DNA from: a virus
Lineage: Duplodnaviria; Caudoviricetes
Length of the DNA: 64,000 nt
IMG/VR virus record: IMGVR_UViG_3300033407_000004
Coordinates: 12,134-76,133 of that record
Strand: one strand, 5' to 3'
The notes below the pieces were generated by a model that did no database searches, was not told the origin of the DNA, and was given only the letters and a program-made list of their open reading frames with translations. Each line of letters begins with the position of its first letter. Positions within the stretch are counted from its first letter, which is position 1. Below, in pieces: positions 38,203-47,990 of the stretch. The translations under genes were made by a program, and so were the position numbers.

Positions 38203-38628
38203 CTATTGTAATCGCCTTACTGCTTCCGTAAATGAAACTCCGTACACCTTACTTGCTACTCCGATGCTGTCGTCTTGGTATCCACATGACCAGCATTTCA
38301 CATGGTTGTTTTTTATTCTCATCGACGGTCTCTTATCTACATGCTCACCGCTGATACAGGTTGCCACTCCTCGATTGCAATCAATCAGGTTTTCTATCGG
38401 GTAATCTTTCGCTCTGGCTATCATCTCATCAGTGATTTTAAATTTGCCCGGCATCGGTTTTATCTCTTGTGTCCATTCCCTGATTAATTTTCTCGCCCTC
38501 TTTTCACTGGAGGATTGCGCCCTCCTCCATGCTTCCGCTTGCCACTGCTCTTCTTCAATCGAGACGCTGTGATTACAATACATTGGGCTGATGCGCTTCA
38601 GCCGTCTGAGTATTATCTGTTTTACCAT
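38203..38628 (-). CDS. Primase-type CHC2 Zn-finger protein
   Basis: CISGEHVDKRPSM...CWSCG...SFTEAVRRL. Confidence 0.75.
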   Translation of the reverse strand: MVKQIILRRLKRISPMYCNHSVSIEEEQWQAEAWRRAQSSSEKRARKLIREWTQEIKPMPGKFKITDEMIARAKDYPIENLIDCNRGVATCISGEHVDKRPSMRIKNNHVKCWSCGYQDDSIGVASKVYGVSFTEAVRRLQ

Positions 38629-40111
38629 TCCGATTGTTCCTGTTCGCGTTTTTTATGTTCAGGTATTTTATCAGTCTCAACGTTTCCTCTGACGGATAAA
38701 CTGCATTTGGCCGTTCACGTGGTACTGATCCGTAAAGCTCTTTGCATTTATACCATGCCCAGCCATCCTTGAATCCTTTGCTTTGTGCATACCCCCTGAG
38801 CTCCGCATATATTTTATTCCGATCCGCCACGGGGGTTTCGACAAGTTTACCTTTCTTCTTGCTCATTTTCACAAGCTCACCGTCTGCGGTTTCGACCGTG
38901 TTTTTTTGTTTCGGCAGCTCATGACCGCACCGTGGACACTTTATGTTTTTCCTCGACAACAGTGCTGAGCATTTCGGGCAAAGAACTGGAAGACTTTCAC
39001 TCTTCTTTTTTTCTTCTTTGGCAATTTCCTTTTTGTCTCTTGGTTTCCCGTCGTCCAACACTAAAGGCAGGTCGTCAGTCGGGAATCCAAGGCGACGACA
39101 TGTCCCAGAGTGGTCGAGAATAGTGGCCTTCGACTTTCCTTCTATCGGTCTCAAGATACGTCCAGCCATTTGAATATATCGAATCAGGCTCCTCGTGGGC
39201 CTAGCCAGTATCAGCACTTCACATGCCGGGAAATCCCAGCCTTCCTGAAGAATTCCGACGTTTGAAATTATTTTTGTTTTGCCACTCGTCACCCGCGATA
39301 GAATATTACTGCGCTCTTCGTCGTCGGTATAGCAGTCGATATGCTCGGCAGATACGCCTATAGCGTTGAATTGCTCAACGATGTGCTTTGAGTGAGCGAT
39401 ATTTGTAGCAAAGCACACAGTCGGTTTATTCTCTGCCAGCTTCGTCCAATGTACCACGATATCGCCAATCAGCTTTTCTTTATCAACCGCCTCACCCAGC
39501 TGCGTCTCGTTGTAGTCGCCTGCTACTATTTTCACTTTCGACAGGTCCGGCTCGCTCGGCGAGTAAATATCGCAATCAACGAGAAAGCCCTCGTCAATCA
39601 GTTCACGTATCGTTGCCGCTGATGTGATATCTTCCCAAAGTTTTCCCCAGGTGTGTTCTTTCGACATGCCTTTTGCAAACGGCGTAGCGGTCAGGCCAAC
39701 AATAATCTTGCCCTTATAATGCTCCATGAGACGATGATACGCTTTTGATGAAGCCGTTCCGTGCGCCTCGTCAATCACCACGATATCGGCTTCAGGATAT
39801 CCTCTTTTGTCTATGCTTTGAATGGAGCATACCTGAACCGGCTCATACGTCATCCTGGTATTTGATCCCTGAATTATTCCGTGGGATATCCCATCCCTTG
39901 AAATTCTGCGCGAGGTTTGATTGACAAGTTCAATTCGATTGCAGAGAAATATAATCCTCTTCGCCATCGCTATGGCTCGCCTGATAATCTCCAGCGCGAT
40001 TAATGTTTTTCCCGAGCCAGTAGGTGAATACAGTACCGCTCTTTTTTTACCGGAATAGAAAATCTCCCCTAGGGATAAAATCGCTTTTGTCTGATATGGC
40101 CTTAATTGCAT
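38573..40111 (-). CDS. SF2 (DEAD/DEAH-like) helicase
   Basis: LRPYQ, PTGSGKT, DEAH, LTATP, YIQMAGRILR, C-terminal CPKC/CPRC. Confidence 0.9.
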   Translation of the reverse strand: MQLRPYQTKAILSLGEIFYSGKKRAVLYSPTGSGKTLIALEIIRRAIAMAKRIIFLCNRIELVNQTSRRISRDGISHGIIQGSNTRMTYEPVQVCSIQSIDKRGYPEADIVVIDEAHGTASSKAYHRLMEHYKGKIIVGLTATPFAKGMSKEHTWGKLWEDITSAATIRELIDEGFLVDCDIYSPSEPDLSKVKIVAGDYNETQLGEAVDKEKLIGDIVVHWTKLAENKPTVCFATNIAHSKHIVEQFNAIGVSAEHIDCYTDDEERSNILSRVTSGKTKIISNVGILQEGWDFPACEVLILARPTRSLIRYIQMAGRILRPIEGKSKATILDHSGTCRRLGFPTDDLPLVLDDGKPRDKKEIAKEEKKKSESLPVLCPKCSALLSRKNIKCPRCGHELPKQKNTVETADGELVKMSKKKGKLVETPVADRNKIYAELRGYAQSKGFKDGWAWYKCKELYGSVPRERPNAVYPSEETLRLIKYLNIKNANRNNRNGKTDNTQTAEAHQPNVL

Positions 40112-40154
40112 TGCTTGGAAACTCCCTGTTTTTCTGTATATGAATATATATTAC

Positions 40155-40610
40155 TTATCTTTTATTCTTAAAGGCGTCCTTGTCTTTGTCCTTGTCCTTG
40201 TCTTTGTCCTTGTCCTTGTCTTTGTCTTTAAGAGTATCGTTGACCACAACTAGACGACTAATTGAGGACTCGTTGACCTCATTAAACCTAAGTCTTTGAA
40301 TAATTGACAAATGCACCCTATTTGCAGGGTTTAAATGTTTGCCGTATTGGAATGCCAGGAAATCCAAAACGAACCATCTCCCGTTCTTCAGCACCTCTAT
40401 TCGCGGTTTATCTGCGTTGAATTTCGATAGGGCATTATTGAGGTCAACTTGCACTCTAATTGTGGCCTCAAATATTCTTTTATTGGGCTTCCAAATTCCG
40501 GCATGGTCGCAGTCGTCAAGGATGAAAAACCAGAGAAACTTTTCCCCTGACGATAGATCGATAAACCAATCTTCTGTCCAGATTTCTGTTGCATGGAATC
40601 TCTTTGGCAT
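40155..40610 (-). CDS. Phage replication initiator, N-terminal wHTH domain only
   Basis: KRFHATEIWTEDWF...DDCDHAGIW; ends just after (KD)9. Confidence 0.7.
   Translation of the reverse strand: MPKRFHATEIWTEDWFIDLSSGEKFLWFFILDDCDHAGIWKPNKRIFEATIRVQVDLNNALSKFNADKPRIEVLKNGRWFVLDFLAFQYGKHLNPANRVHLSIIQRLRFNEVNESSISRLVVVNDTLKDKDKDKDKDKDKDKDKDAFKNKR
40176..40229. repeat. Nine tandem GTCYTT hexamers encoding (KD)9
   Basis: GTCCTT/GTCTTT x9 next to an AT-rich tract at 40141-40171. Confidence 0.9.
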
Positions 40611-40630
40611 GATGTCCTATCGAGCCTCAA

Positions 40631-40732
40631 AACAAAATAACCGATCCATCCAGGAGTTTCCGAACGCAGTTTGGGGACCGCGTTCCCGCAGCTTTCGCTT
40701 TTGGGCATCCTGAATGAATCGGTTATTTTGTT
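40631..40732 (-). promoter_or_regulatory. Long hairpin in initiator 5' leader
   Basis: 15-bp perfect stem AACAAAATAACCGAT/ATCGGTTATTTTGTT with inner stems. Confidence 0.65.
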
Positions 40733-40776
40733 GAGATAGATTTTTCATAAGAGTCGGAAAACCCTCAAGCCTGCAC

Positions 40777-40805
40777 AGTATATTCACTCGTATTACTCAT
40801 GTCAA
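40777..40805 (-). promoter_or_regulatory. Near-consensus sigma70 promoter for replication genes
   Basis: TTGACA-17-TATACT. Confidence 0.8.
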
Positions 40806-40900
40806 TACAATTATCGCAAAAAAGCACAGAAAAACGCCCACACTCTCCCGTATGTGTTACGGCCTGTCGGAGTCGCAGGAGTGGTGTGAGCGCTGGCAAT

Positions 40901-41239
40901 CTACAATGCAATATATTCCCTAACGGGATGTCCGTGCGTCTTCACGCTATGCGCTGGGACAAAACGGCCAGTTCGTGTAATCAACCCATGTTTGGCTGCT
41001 GCCCTCGGGATAGATCCCCACGCCTTGTGCGTCACAGGCGGACTCTGGCACACCTCCCTGAACTCCTCGAACCGAAACGCCCGCTTGCCGGCCGCTTTCC
41101 TAGCATCGCAGAATGCGCGAAGCTCACGCAGGACGGAGGCCGTCCATCCGGGCGCCGAGTCCTCGGCATGGTCCTGGGCGCGTGAAATTCCGATGTCGCG
41201 GAGTGCGGATCCTGATAGTTCAAACGCTATTTGGGTCAT
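40901..41239 (-). CDS. Hypothetical phage protein
   Basis: AWGSIP...KHGLIT...SVKTHGHPV; RBS AAGGAG. Confidence 0.6.
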   Translation of the reverse strand: MTQIAFELSGSALRDIGISRAQDHAEDSAPGWTASVLRELRAFCDARKAAGKRAFRFEEFREVCQSPPVTHKAWGSIPRAAAKHGLITRTGRFVPAHSVKTHGHPVREYIAL

Positions 41240-41252
41240 AAAATCTCCTTAT

Positions 41253-42839
41253 TTACGACGACAATTGCAATGTATTCGCCCGCTCCGCAAACACAGGCCG
41301 GTTGATATTCTTTGAGTATGACTTCACACCCTCGAACGATTCAACAACCTGCTTCTCTTCAACCGGCATTTCCTCGTATGTCTTTCTCCCATAATCATGA
41401 GGCAACCACTGTTTCCCCATACAGGCCGCAAGGTTGAATCGGCGTAAAATATTTTCATCGTTGAACCGTAAATGTATTGTTCCTTTTTTGTACACTGTCG
41501 CCGTGAAATATGTACTTTTTATGCTCGATGATTGGTTGCGGCTGAACGCATCATCAATGGCCTTGTTTAGTGATAAATAGCTTTCCATGCCATCGAAATA
41601 ATTCATAACGAGGTCAATATCCCTGAGTTGTTCCGACGCCTTGTAATCCAGTTTCCATCCGCTATATCCTACCCAGGGGTTCCCGTAGCTGGCGCGGACA
41701 GGGATGATTACTCGCTTTCCAACTTTGAACGCATTGTTCGTTTTCCATCCGTTGAACAGGTGTATGTTGTCGTTGTAGAGCCCGCCCGTGTAGGAATTTT
41801 CAATTGTGAACTTATCGAACACGTCAAGGACGGCCTCGGTCAATGTCTTCTCATGTCCGGCCATCAGGTTTAAAATGAACTGCCTGATATTTGCGGCCGT
41901 AAAATCCATATCGCACCGCTGATTAACTTGATGGTCGAATTCTTCACGCTTTTTTGAAGTAAGGCGTGAACTTACATCTTTGAGGTCAAGGGTCCGCATC
42001 CAAAAATCTTTGCGGATAACCTTGAGAAGGTGGTTCACCTGCACCTGCATTTTGCCCGTCATGTCTTCGGATCGCGAGCTATAGTTCTTGTCGGCCTCTT
42101 CGTTTATGCCGATATACTTTCCGATCTTGCGATAGTTGCGAAAATATCCGACGATGGTGTCTATGCCGATCTGCACCACCTGATTGTATTCGGCAACCAA
42201 ATCTTCCACGGCGCGGCGGGTGGTAAGCTCGTTGTTTTCTTCAATTTCAGGGCTGATGTGGCTTGCCTTATCGTTGGCTCCGGCAAATAAATCGTTCTCA
42301 ACAGCGCGTTCAATAACTATGGAGATCAGGGCGACCTCAACCCCGGTCTTTCTTTCAGCGTCAAGGAATGCGTTAGGGATGTATTCTATGTCGGCGTTCA
42401 GTTTTGCGAGCTTGCTTGCCAGTTCTTTCCTGGTGTTCGAGTACGGGTTTTTAAGCGTCTCGGCATTGAGCAGAAAAACAATCTGCCCCCTGTAGAGAAT
42501 GTCGATTGCCTTCAAAAGGTGCTTGTCGCCGTCATCAAACGGCGGATTTGCTATGATAAGGTCGAACTTGTCGGCTCCCGCGAACGCAAGAAAGTCCGAG
42601 TCTATGACCTTTATTTTCTTCCCGCGCAATGTCGCCTGCAAATCATGGTCGATCTCAATTGCGGAGATATCTAATCTATGGTGGTCGTACTTATGGCGGT
42701 TATTGAAATATTCAATCAAATCACCTTTACCGGCTGAAGGCTCAAGGATCTTCACGGGATTTCCATTGATCTTCCAGATCATCTTATCGGCAAGCTTTTT
42801 GGGAGTTGGATAGAATGTTTTGTTGTTCAGAAGTGACAT
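41253..42839 (-). CDS. N6-adenine-type DNA methyltransferase with DUF4942-like C-terminus
   Basis: FYPTP, ILEPSAGKG, IIANPPF; GWKTNNAFKVGKRVI, YKKGTIHL. Confidence 0.85.
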   Translation of the reverse strand: MSLLNNKTFYPTPKKLADKMIWKINGNPVKILEPSAGKGDLIEYFNNRHKYDHHRLDISAIEIDHDLQATLRGKKIKVIDSDFLAFAGADKFDLIIANPPFDDGDKHLLKAIDILYRGQIVFLLNAETLKNPYSNTRKELASKLAKLNADIEYIPNAFLDAERKTGVEVALISIVIERAVENDLFAGANDKASHISPEIEENNELTTRRAVEDLVAEYNQVVQIGIDTIVGYFRNYRKIGKYIGINEEADKNYSSRSEDMTGKMQVQVNHLLKVIRKDFWMRTLDLKDVSSRLTSKKREEFDHQVNQRCDMDFTAANIRQFILNLMAGHEKTLTEAVLDVFDKFTIENSYTGGLYNDNIHLFNGWKTNNAFKVGKRVIIPVRASYGNPWVGYSGWKLDYKASEQLRDIDLVMNYFDGMESYLSLNKAIDDAFSRNQSSSIKSTYFTATVYKKGTIHLRFNDENILRRFNLAACMGKQWLPHDYGRKTYEEMPVEEKQVVESFEGVKSYSKNINRPVFAERANTLQLSS

Positions 42840-43241
42840 TATTTCCTCTCCACCGCCGCCGACACCAAATACCCGCACGGGTAGCACACTAGCTTGAACG
42901 CAACGGTTGTATGCTCCTCAATCGTCAAAGTCTTCCCGCACTTCCCGCAGCGGAACTTGATGTGAGTTTCGCGGTGAAGGTTGTTGGAAATCTTCATTTC
43001 AATGCGCTTTCTCGCCATTTCCATACAGGGAAGGAAAGTTCAATCCGATTCGCGTATCGTTCTTTTTGGATAATCCGGTCAGCGACCCGCAATGCAATTT
43101 CCTCAGATGATCTCGCCAATCCATGTTGCGGTAGGCCGCGCTTGGCGATACATGCCAGATCGCGAGCCATGAATGGTTTTTCTTGCATCCTGGCATAAAT
43201 ATCGTTAATCACGCTTGTTGCGATTTCCACTCCGTGAACTT

Positions 43242-43709
43242 TCATCCTATCTCCTTTACCACCCAAGCATCTCCGTCCTTGTGCGCCGTGAATATCCCGA
43301 ATGGGAACATGCCCGCGGCTACGCTCATTTTCACCCTGGCGTCATCCTCCACCAGTGGAGTGATCTTCTGACCATCCTTTGTTTTGGTCTTCTTCCCAGC
43401 CTTCGTGTCGTGTAGCTCCAGCGTCCCATCGGCCAACTGGACGAGAAAATCCATGGTCAGCCGGCAATCATGTCCGAGTTTGACGGTTATCGCTTCAAAC
43501 CAGTACCCCGCGATCTCACCGATTGCCTTCCTCGCCTCAAGGTGGGAAGCATAGGCGGACTCGGTCTTGTTCATTTCGCCCTTGACGTGAGCGTGACGGC
43601 CTCGTGCTTTGAGTTTCACGGGAGGTTGGGGCTTCGCCTCGCCTCCCCGGCATTTCGCGCAAGCGAGCTTGTTTCCGGCCCAATGGCAGCCTGTACATGA
43701 GGGGTTCAT
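43242..43709 (-). CDS. DUF1064-like PD-(D/E)xK endonuclease
   Basis: MNKTESAYA...LTMDFLV...ELHDTKAG. Confidence 0.7.
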   Translation of the reverse strand: MNPSCTGCHWAGNKLACAKCRGGEAKPQPPVKLKARGRHAHVKGEMNKTESAYASHLEARKAIGEIAGYWFEAITVKLGHDCRLTMDFLVQLADGTLELHDTKAGKKTKTKDGQKITPLVEDDARVKMSVAAGMFPFGIFTAHKDGDAWVVKEIG

Positions 43710-44281
43710 GCCGTTCTCCGTATTTCATCAAGAATCATCCCCTGAGTTACCGTATTCGCCGCCTCAAGCTCTGACCAACGAGCGATTATTGCCGGCCACT
43801 TGGTGTCCGGGTATGCCTCCGCGACCTCGCTCAGTCGGGACCTCCACTCCGGGAAAGCCTCAATCAGCCGCTTGCAGCGTCCGAAATCGTCGGCGTCGTG
43901 CGGTACGGCGCCATTGCTGAAAGCCCTTGCATCTCTAGTCCATCCGGTTTGTCCGAGAACTGCGAATATCGCCGCAGCACTCTTGCCTACATCAACCCCC
44001 AACCACCATCGGGTTTCGTCGTTATAACGGGACAAGCTGCTGATTATTACGGTTTCCCATGCCTTAATCTCATTGACCGTCCCGATCGCCATGATAACCA
44101 TCGGGAATTTACCGGAAACATTGTAGTGGTGTACGATACCGGGGCTCACGACTGAATTTTTTGGGAATATCGGCTCGCACTCTGATAGGGCATCAGCGGG
44201 GATGCCTTGTGCCCCAGGTGCGCTGCATATCAGCCAGCCGTGAGGCCAGCGCTCGATTATGTATTGTGGACCTGTTTTCAT
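43706..44281 (-). CDS. Hypothetical phage protein
   Basis: DVGKSAAAI...PHDADDFGRC.RL. Confidence 0.6.
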   Translation of the reverse strand: MKTGPQYIIERWPHGWLICSAPGAQGIPADALSECEPIFPKNSVVSPGIVHHYNVSGKFPMVIMAIGTVNEIKAWETVIISSLSRYNDETRWWLGVDVGKSAAAIFAVLGQTGWTRDARAFSNGAVPHDADDFGRCKRLIEAFPEWRSRLSEVAEAYPDTKWPAIIARWSELEAANTVTQGMILDEIRRTA

Positions 44282-44706
44282 ACCAGCACCTCTTCCGCCT
44301 TCGCTTTATCTTCCAGCGCCTTTTTATACTGAGCCAATCGAGTCGTATAAATTTCCTCGAAGTCGATCTTGATATACTGCTTCCTGGCCTCGATTTTCAA
44401 TGCTTCCAGCCGTCCGGGGTGCTTCGATTCAAGCCATTCGTGAAATAGCCGCTCGTTAAGATGTGCGCTGTTATTCGCGGAAACGTGGCAAGCGCAGCAC
44501 AGGCATATCAGGTTATCCAGGTCAGCGCAGACATTTGAATATTTTGACGAGACAATATGCGCTCCGTGCATTTTGTAAAAAGGCGCTTTCCGTCCGCAGC
44601 GTTCGCACTCACCCTCAAGACGCACAATTTTTTTTGCGGTCTCAATCGCCTTTTCGCGCCAATCACGCTGAGGGGTGGGCCTTGTGGGTTTCGGACATGC
44701 CACCAT
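44278..44706 (-). CDS. NinG-like HNH nuclease
   Basis: CERCG...HGAHI...DNLICLCCACH. Confidence 0.7.
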   Translation of the reverse strand: MVACPKPTRPTPQRDWREKAIETAKKIVRLEGECERCGRKAPFYKMHGAHIVSSKYSNVCADLDNLICLCCACHVSANNSAHLNERLFHEWLESKHPGRLEALKIEARKQYIKIDFEEIYTTRLAQYKKALEDKAKAEEVLV

Positions 44707-44794
44707 TACGTCTTCTCCTGCATCCCTAAAATCTCTCTGCCCCTTTTGATCTTCTCAACGGTCATATCCACTGGCATCTTGTCGCGAACTGCTT

Positions 44795-45354
44795 TTATAA
44801 AATCGTTCCATACTGGATTAAAATCTCCCATGCTGCTTGCACCACTCTTGGAACTTGCCCGTTTCCAGTGGCTTTCTCGCGGTCCAATCTATCGGCCACC
44901 CCATAAGCCATTCGCGGAAGGTCGGGTTCAGCGGGCCAAGGCCGGAACCACCTTCCAAGGCTACTGAAGTTGCAAGGCTCGGGCTCACACTCTGTCCCGT
45001 CCGCTTCCCTCGCTCCAGCTTCGCAAAGTCCGGACCGCCCTCTTCCGCTCTCGGTGTCGGCCACATTTTGAAATGCTTGTTCGGCTTCCCCCGTACCGCT
45101 GCCAGAAGATCCCCACGGCCTCCCCGGTCCCCGTCCGTTGCTCTCGGTGTCGGAAATTTCTGCGCTCGTGACCATACCGCTCTCGGCAGGGTGTCCGTCC
45201 CGTCCCTGTGCGATCCGTCCGGGGTTACACCTTCCAGGGCCATTCCCGGCATGTCCTTCCAATCCCGCGAAAGTGGTGTCGGCCATTCACGCCCCCACTC
45301 CCTGCAACTGCATTGATACCTGGGCTCTAACTCCGGCCCGGAAATCTTCAGCAC
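44795..45354 (-). pseudogene. Dual-frame C-terminal remnant of C5-cytosine methyltransferase
   Basis: Frame A (44795-45286): EPDLPRMAYGVADRLDREKATGNGQVP (motif X-like). Frame B (44818-45354): WPTP repeats and LNPTFREWLMGWPIDWT (motif IX-like). No motifs I-VIII. Confidence 0.75.
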
Positions 45355-45766
45355 AGTCGATCAGGTGCCGCAACCTCTCAACACATTGCGGGTCAAGCAG
45401 TTGTTTAGGATCGCCCGTCTCTGCGTAGAAGTCCTCGGCCTTGTTTGGAGTGTTCAGGTTCAGCGGAGCATTCGACTTCATCAGCTTTTTGAATCCACTG
45501 ATCGTAGCGCCCATCACCTGTTTTTCTCCGCCGTAATTCAGGCTCACACTGCGCACCATGACCCGGTCCTTGTCATCGTCGCTCAACTCGCACATCTCAA
45601 CCATGTCCTGTGCGAGGGCCTGCAATGCTTCGTGAAACTCCGGAGCGGGCTTATCGTTGCTTTTCAGCATGAAATGGTCGAAGTCGCTCCCGTTCGGCAC
45701 TTCCCATTCCAAGTAAACCTTGTCTTTCCCGTCTTCACACATTGCTTTGATTTTAAGAAATCTCAT
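45287..45766 (-). CDS. Hypothetical phage protein
   Basis: RBS AAGAGGGGG; 159 aa. Confidence 0.6.
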   Translation of the reverse strand: MRFLKIKAMCEDGKDKVYLEWEVPNGSDFDHFMLKSNDKPAPEFHEALQALAQDMVEMCELSDDDKDRVMVRSVSLNYGGEKQVMGATISGFKKLMKSNAPLNLNTPNKAEDFYAETGDPKQLLDPQCVERLRHLIDCAEDFRAGVRAQVSMQLQGVGA

Positions 45767-45776
45767 AGTCCCCCTC

Positions 45777-45977
45777 TTACAACCCCGCAAAAAAATAATC
45801 CCCGCCGGCCGCGTCAAGCACTTCCTTCCTCAACCGTGCTATTCTCATCGTCTCCCGCATGATGCAGTCGTTTGAGAAAAACTCCTTTGACGGGTTCTTG
45901 CTTCTGTCAACAATTTTCCCGCAGCCGCACTTGCACGGCCCGTCTTCACGCTTGTTGCGCGTGAACTTGGGGTTCAT
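45777..45977 (-). CDS. Small Cys-rich protein
   Basis: CKCGCG...FFSNDC. Confidence 0.5.
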   Translation of the reverse strand: MNPKFTRNKREDGPCKCGCGKIVDRSKNPSKEFFSNDCIMRETMRIARLRKEVLDAAGGDYFFAGL

Positions 45978-46201
45978 AACCCCACCTGCTCAAGCGTCTC
46001 CATAAGTTCTTTGTACGCGCCGTTCAGCAGGCCGTGCATTTCCATGCGCTGCTCATCGGTCTTCGCGTCCCGCATCAATTCTGCCGCAATTCCAATACTG
46101 CCGAGCTTGTTCCTGAGCGTGTGGCTCAATACGCGCTTCATGGCAGGGCAGAGTTCTGCTAGGGTTTGCAGCGTTGCTACGTCTCTCTCATGTTCGCTCA
46201 T
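45974..46201 (-). CDS. Stand-alone HisKA (DHp)-like protein
   Basis: VLSHTLRNKLGSIGIAAELMR resembles the H-box SHELRNPL; two-helix size. Confidence 0.55.
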   Translation of the reverse strand: MSEHERDVATLQTLAELCPAMKRVLSHTLRNKLGSIGIAAELMRDAKTDEQRMEMHGLLNGAYKELMETLEQVGL

Positions 46202-46527
46202 TTACCAGCCCTCCGGTACACGAACCGCCTGCCGTCCTTGTTGGTCAATATGGACCGTGTAAGCAACCCCTTCCGGTGAATATCCAGAAGAAGCTGAGAA
46301 GCGCTCAACTCCGACATTTCACAGCGGGCTGCTATTTGCTTGGAACTCATCGGCCATTCCGCGGAGGTCCAGCCATAGACTCTCCGTTGCTGCTCGGAGA
46401 GGCCGCTTACGAGCATGGCGTCAATGGCCGGGGAAAATTCCGGGTTGGTTGCTTTCATTTTCATGAGGTTCGATGATGTGATGCTCATGTTATCCCTGCA
46501 ACCCCTTTGGCTGTTCGTCTTTCTCAA
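46198..46527 (-). CDS. Winged-HTH protein
   Basis: LSEQQRRVY...MSSKQIAARCEMSELSASQLL...KGLLTR. Confidence 0.6.
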   Translation of the reverse strand: MRKTNSQRGCRDNMSITSSNLMKMKATNPEFSPAIDAMLVSGLSEQQRRVYGWTSAEWPMSSKQIAARCEMSELSASQLLLDIHRKGLLTRSILTNKDGRRFVYRRAGK

Positions 46528-47035
46528 TCGTTTTTTTGAACATATACCCGCCCGCAGTGTGGAAAATTACGATCCCTTCGGGTCTCATAAATCCAGGCGC
46601 TGCCTTACTGCCGTCTCGCTTTAAAATGTGAAGCGCATTCATGGCATCAGTGGAATCAAACACGCCACGATGAAGCACCGGTACAACTGAGCAGCAAGCT
46701 GGGCGCACAGAATCATCAGACCATCTATGCACATTGAAAAGAGAAAACCGCTTTTCTCCCTTCACGAGACCATACCCGCGCTGTATCCCGCTGCCCCACC
46801 ATTCACCAAAGTGAGTTCCTGGTCCGAGCCTCATCAGTTCGTCTTTGTGCGTCAAAGCCCAAAGCAAAAACCCGTCGTTATCGCCCGTCTCAGCATTCAA
46901 CCATCGCGTCCGGCTACCAACATGAAACCCGCCGTCTTCACCGATGCAGATAACTCCATTCGTCCCGTCTATTTTTTCAGTGATTACCACTTCGCGGGAA
47001 AGTCTTGCAATCTTCGGAAACGCTACAAACTCCAT
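46490..47035 (-). CDS. RNA ligase (Rnl2-like nucleotidyltransferase)
   Basis: FPKIARL, EKIDGTNG, FGEWWG.GIQRGY, FSLFN, PEGIV, FKK. Confidence 0.85.
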   Translation of the reverse strand: MEFVAFPKIARLSREVVITEKIDGTNGVICIGEDGGFHVGSRTRWLNAETGDNDGFLLWALTHKDELMRLGPGTHFGEWWGSGIQRGYGLVKGEKRFSLFNVHRWSDDSVRPACCSVVPVLHRGVFDSTDAMNALHILKRDGSKAAPGFMRPEGIVIFHTAGGYMFKKTIEKDEQPKGLQG

Positions 47036-47068
47036 ACACACCTCCTGAAAGTACATTAATTATTAGAG

Positions 47069-47344
47069 CTACCGCGCCACCATCCCCACCTCGTCGTACT
47101 CCACCCCAAGCGCCGCCGCCACTTCCGGCTTCAGCACAAGAATGTTGTCCCGGCGATCTTCGAGGAGGTGACGGACCTGCTTTACCTCGGCGTTCAGCGC
47201 GTGGGACTGGTAGGAATGGTGCACGTACATTCCGGCGGCGATGCCGATTGCGGCGCCCGCGACGGCTCCTAGCAGGTATTGTTTAAGCTCTTCCATGAGG
47301 GTCATGCGCTCGACTTTCTTTTGGTATGCAAGGTACTTATTCAT
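47069..47344 (-). CDS. Single-TM hypothetical protein
   Basis: YLLGAVAGAAIGIAAGMYV. Confidence 0.5.
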   Translation of the reverse strand: MNKYLAYQKKVERMTLMEELKQYLLGAVAGAAIGIAAGMYVHHSYQSHALNAEVKQVRHLLEDRRDNILVLKPEVAAALGVEYDEVGMVAR

Positions 47345-47795
47345 CGCGCCTCCTGCTTGCAAAAGTCCGCGCCGACAGAGCACGGCTGCACCATTGAGCA
47401 CCCGCTCGCTTTAACGGTCATCATGCAGTGCCCATGCTTATAGTGCAGGCACTTGGGATCGGTTGGGCGCGTAAGGCCTTCCGGCTTCTTTTTCATTTAA
47501 AGGCCCCCCGCCCAGACGACATTATTGAACACCCACTGAAGCCCCTTCAGCGCGAGTGACCAGGCTCCGTATGCGAGAAGCGGAGTCGCCACCATGACAG
47601 TCAAGCATCCCCAATTGAAGTTTTTCAATTCCCCTCCTGCTTGATATCTTCAACACTGATAGTCCGCGACGACCACGCATAAGCCAATGTCTTCATCTGC
47701 GTCTTCGTGTGCTCCCATCCCTCGCTGATCGTGCATCCGTCCTGCTTGTACGGGCAGGTTGGGAGGCAAGTTGTGTGCGGGCAGGAGGTTGTCAT

Positions 47796-47990
47796 TTAGT
47801 CGTCCCCCAAACCGGAAGCGCTGTACATTCCCTTGCGAAAGCGTGAGGAGTGGATATTCCGCTCAATGACTTCTATTATTTCTTGCTTGCAATGCTTCTT
47901 TTGTTCAGGGGTGAGGTTGTCGTAAAGGGCTTTAAGTGCATCGGGTACTTTAACGCTGATTGTCGGGCCTGTCTTTTCAGAGTCTGTCAT
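47796..47990 (-). CDS. Ribbon-helix-helix-like regulator (cII position)
   Basis: TISVKVPDALKALYD. Confidence 0.5.
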   Translation of the reverse strand: MTDSEKTGPTISVKVPDALKALYDNLTPEQKKHCKQEIIEVIERNIHSSRFRKGMYSASGLGDD

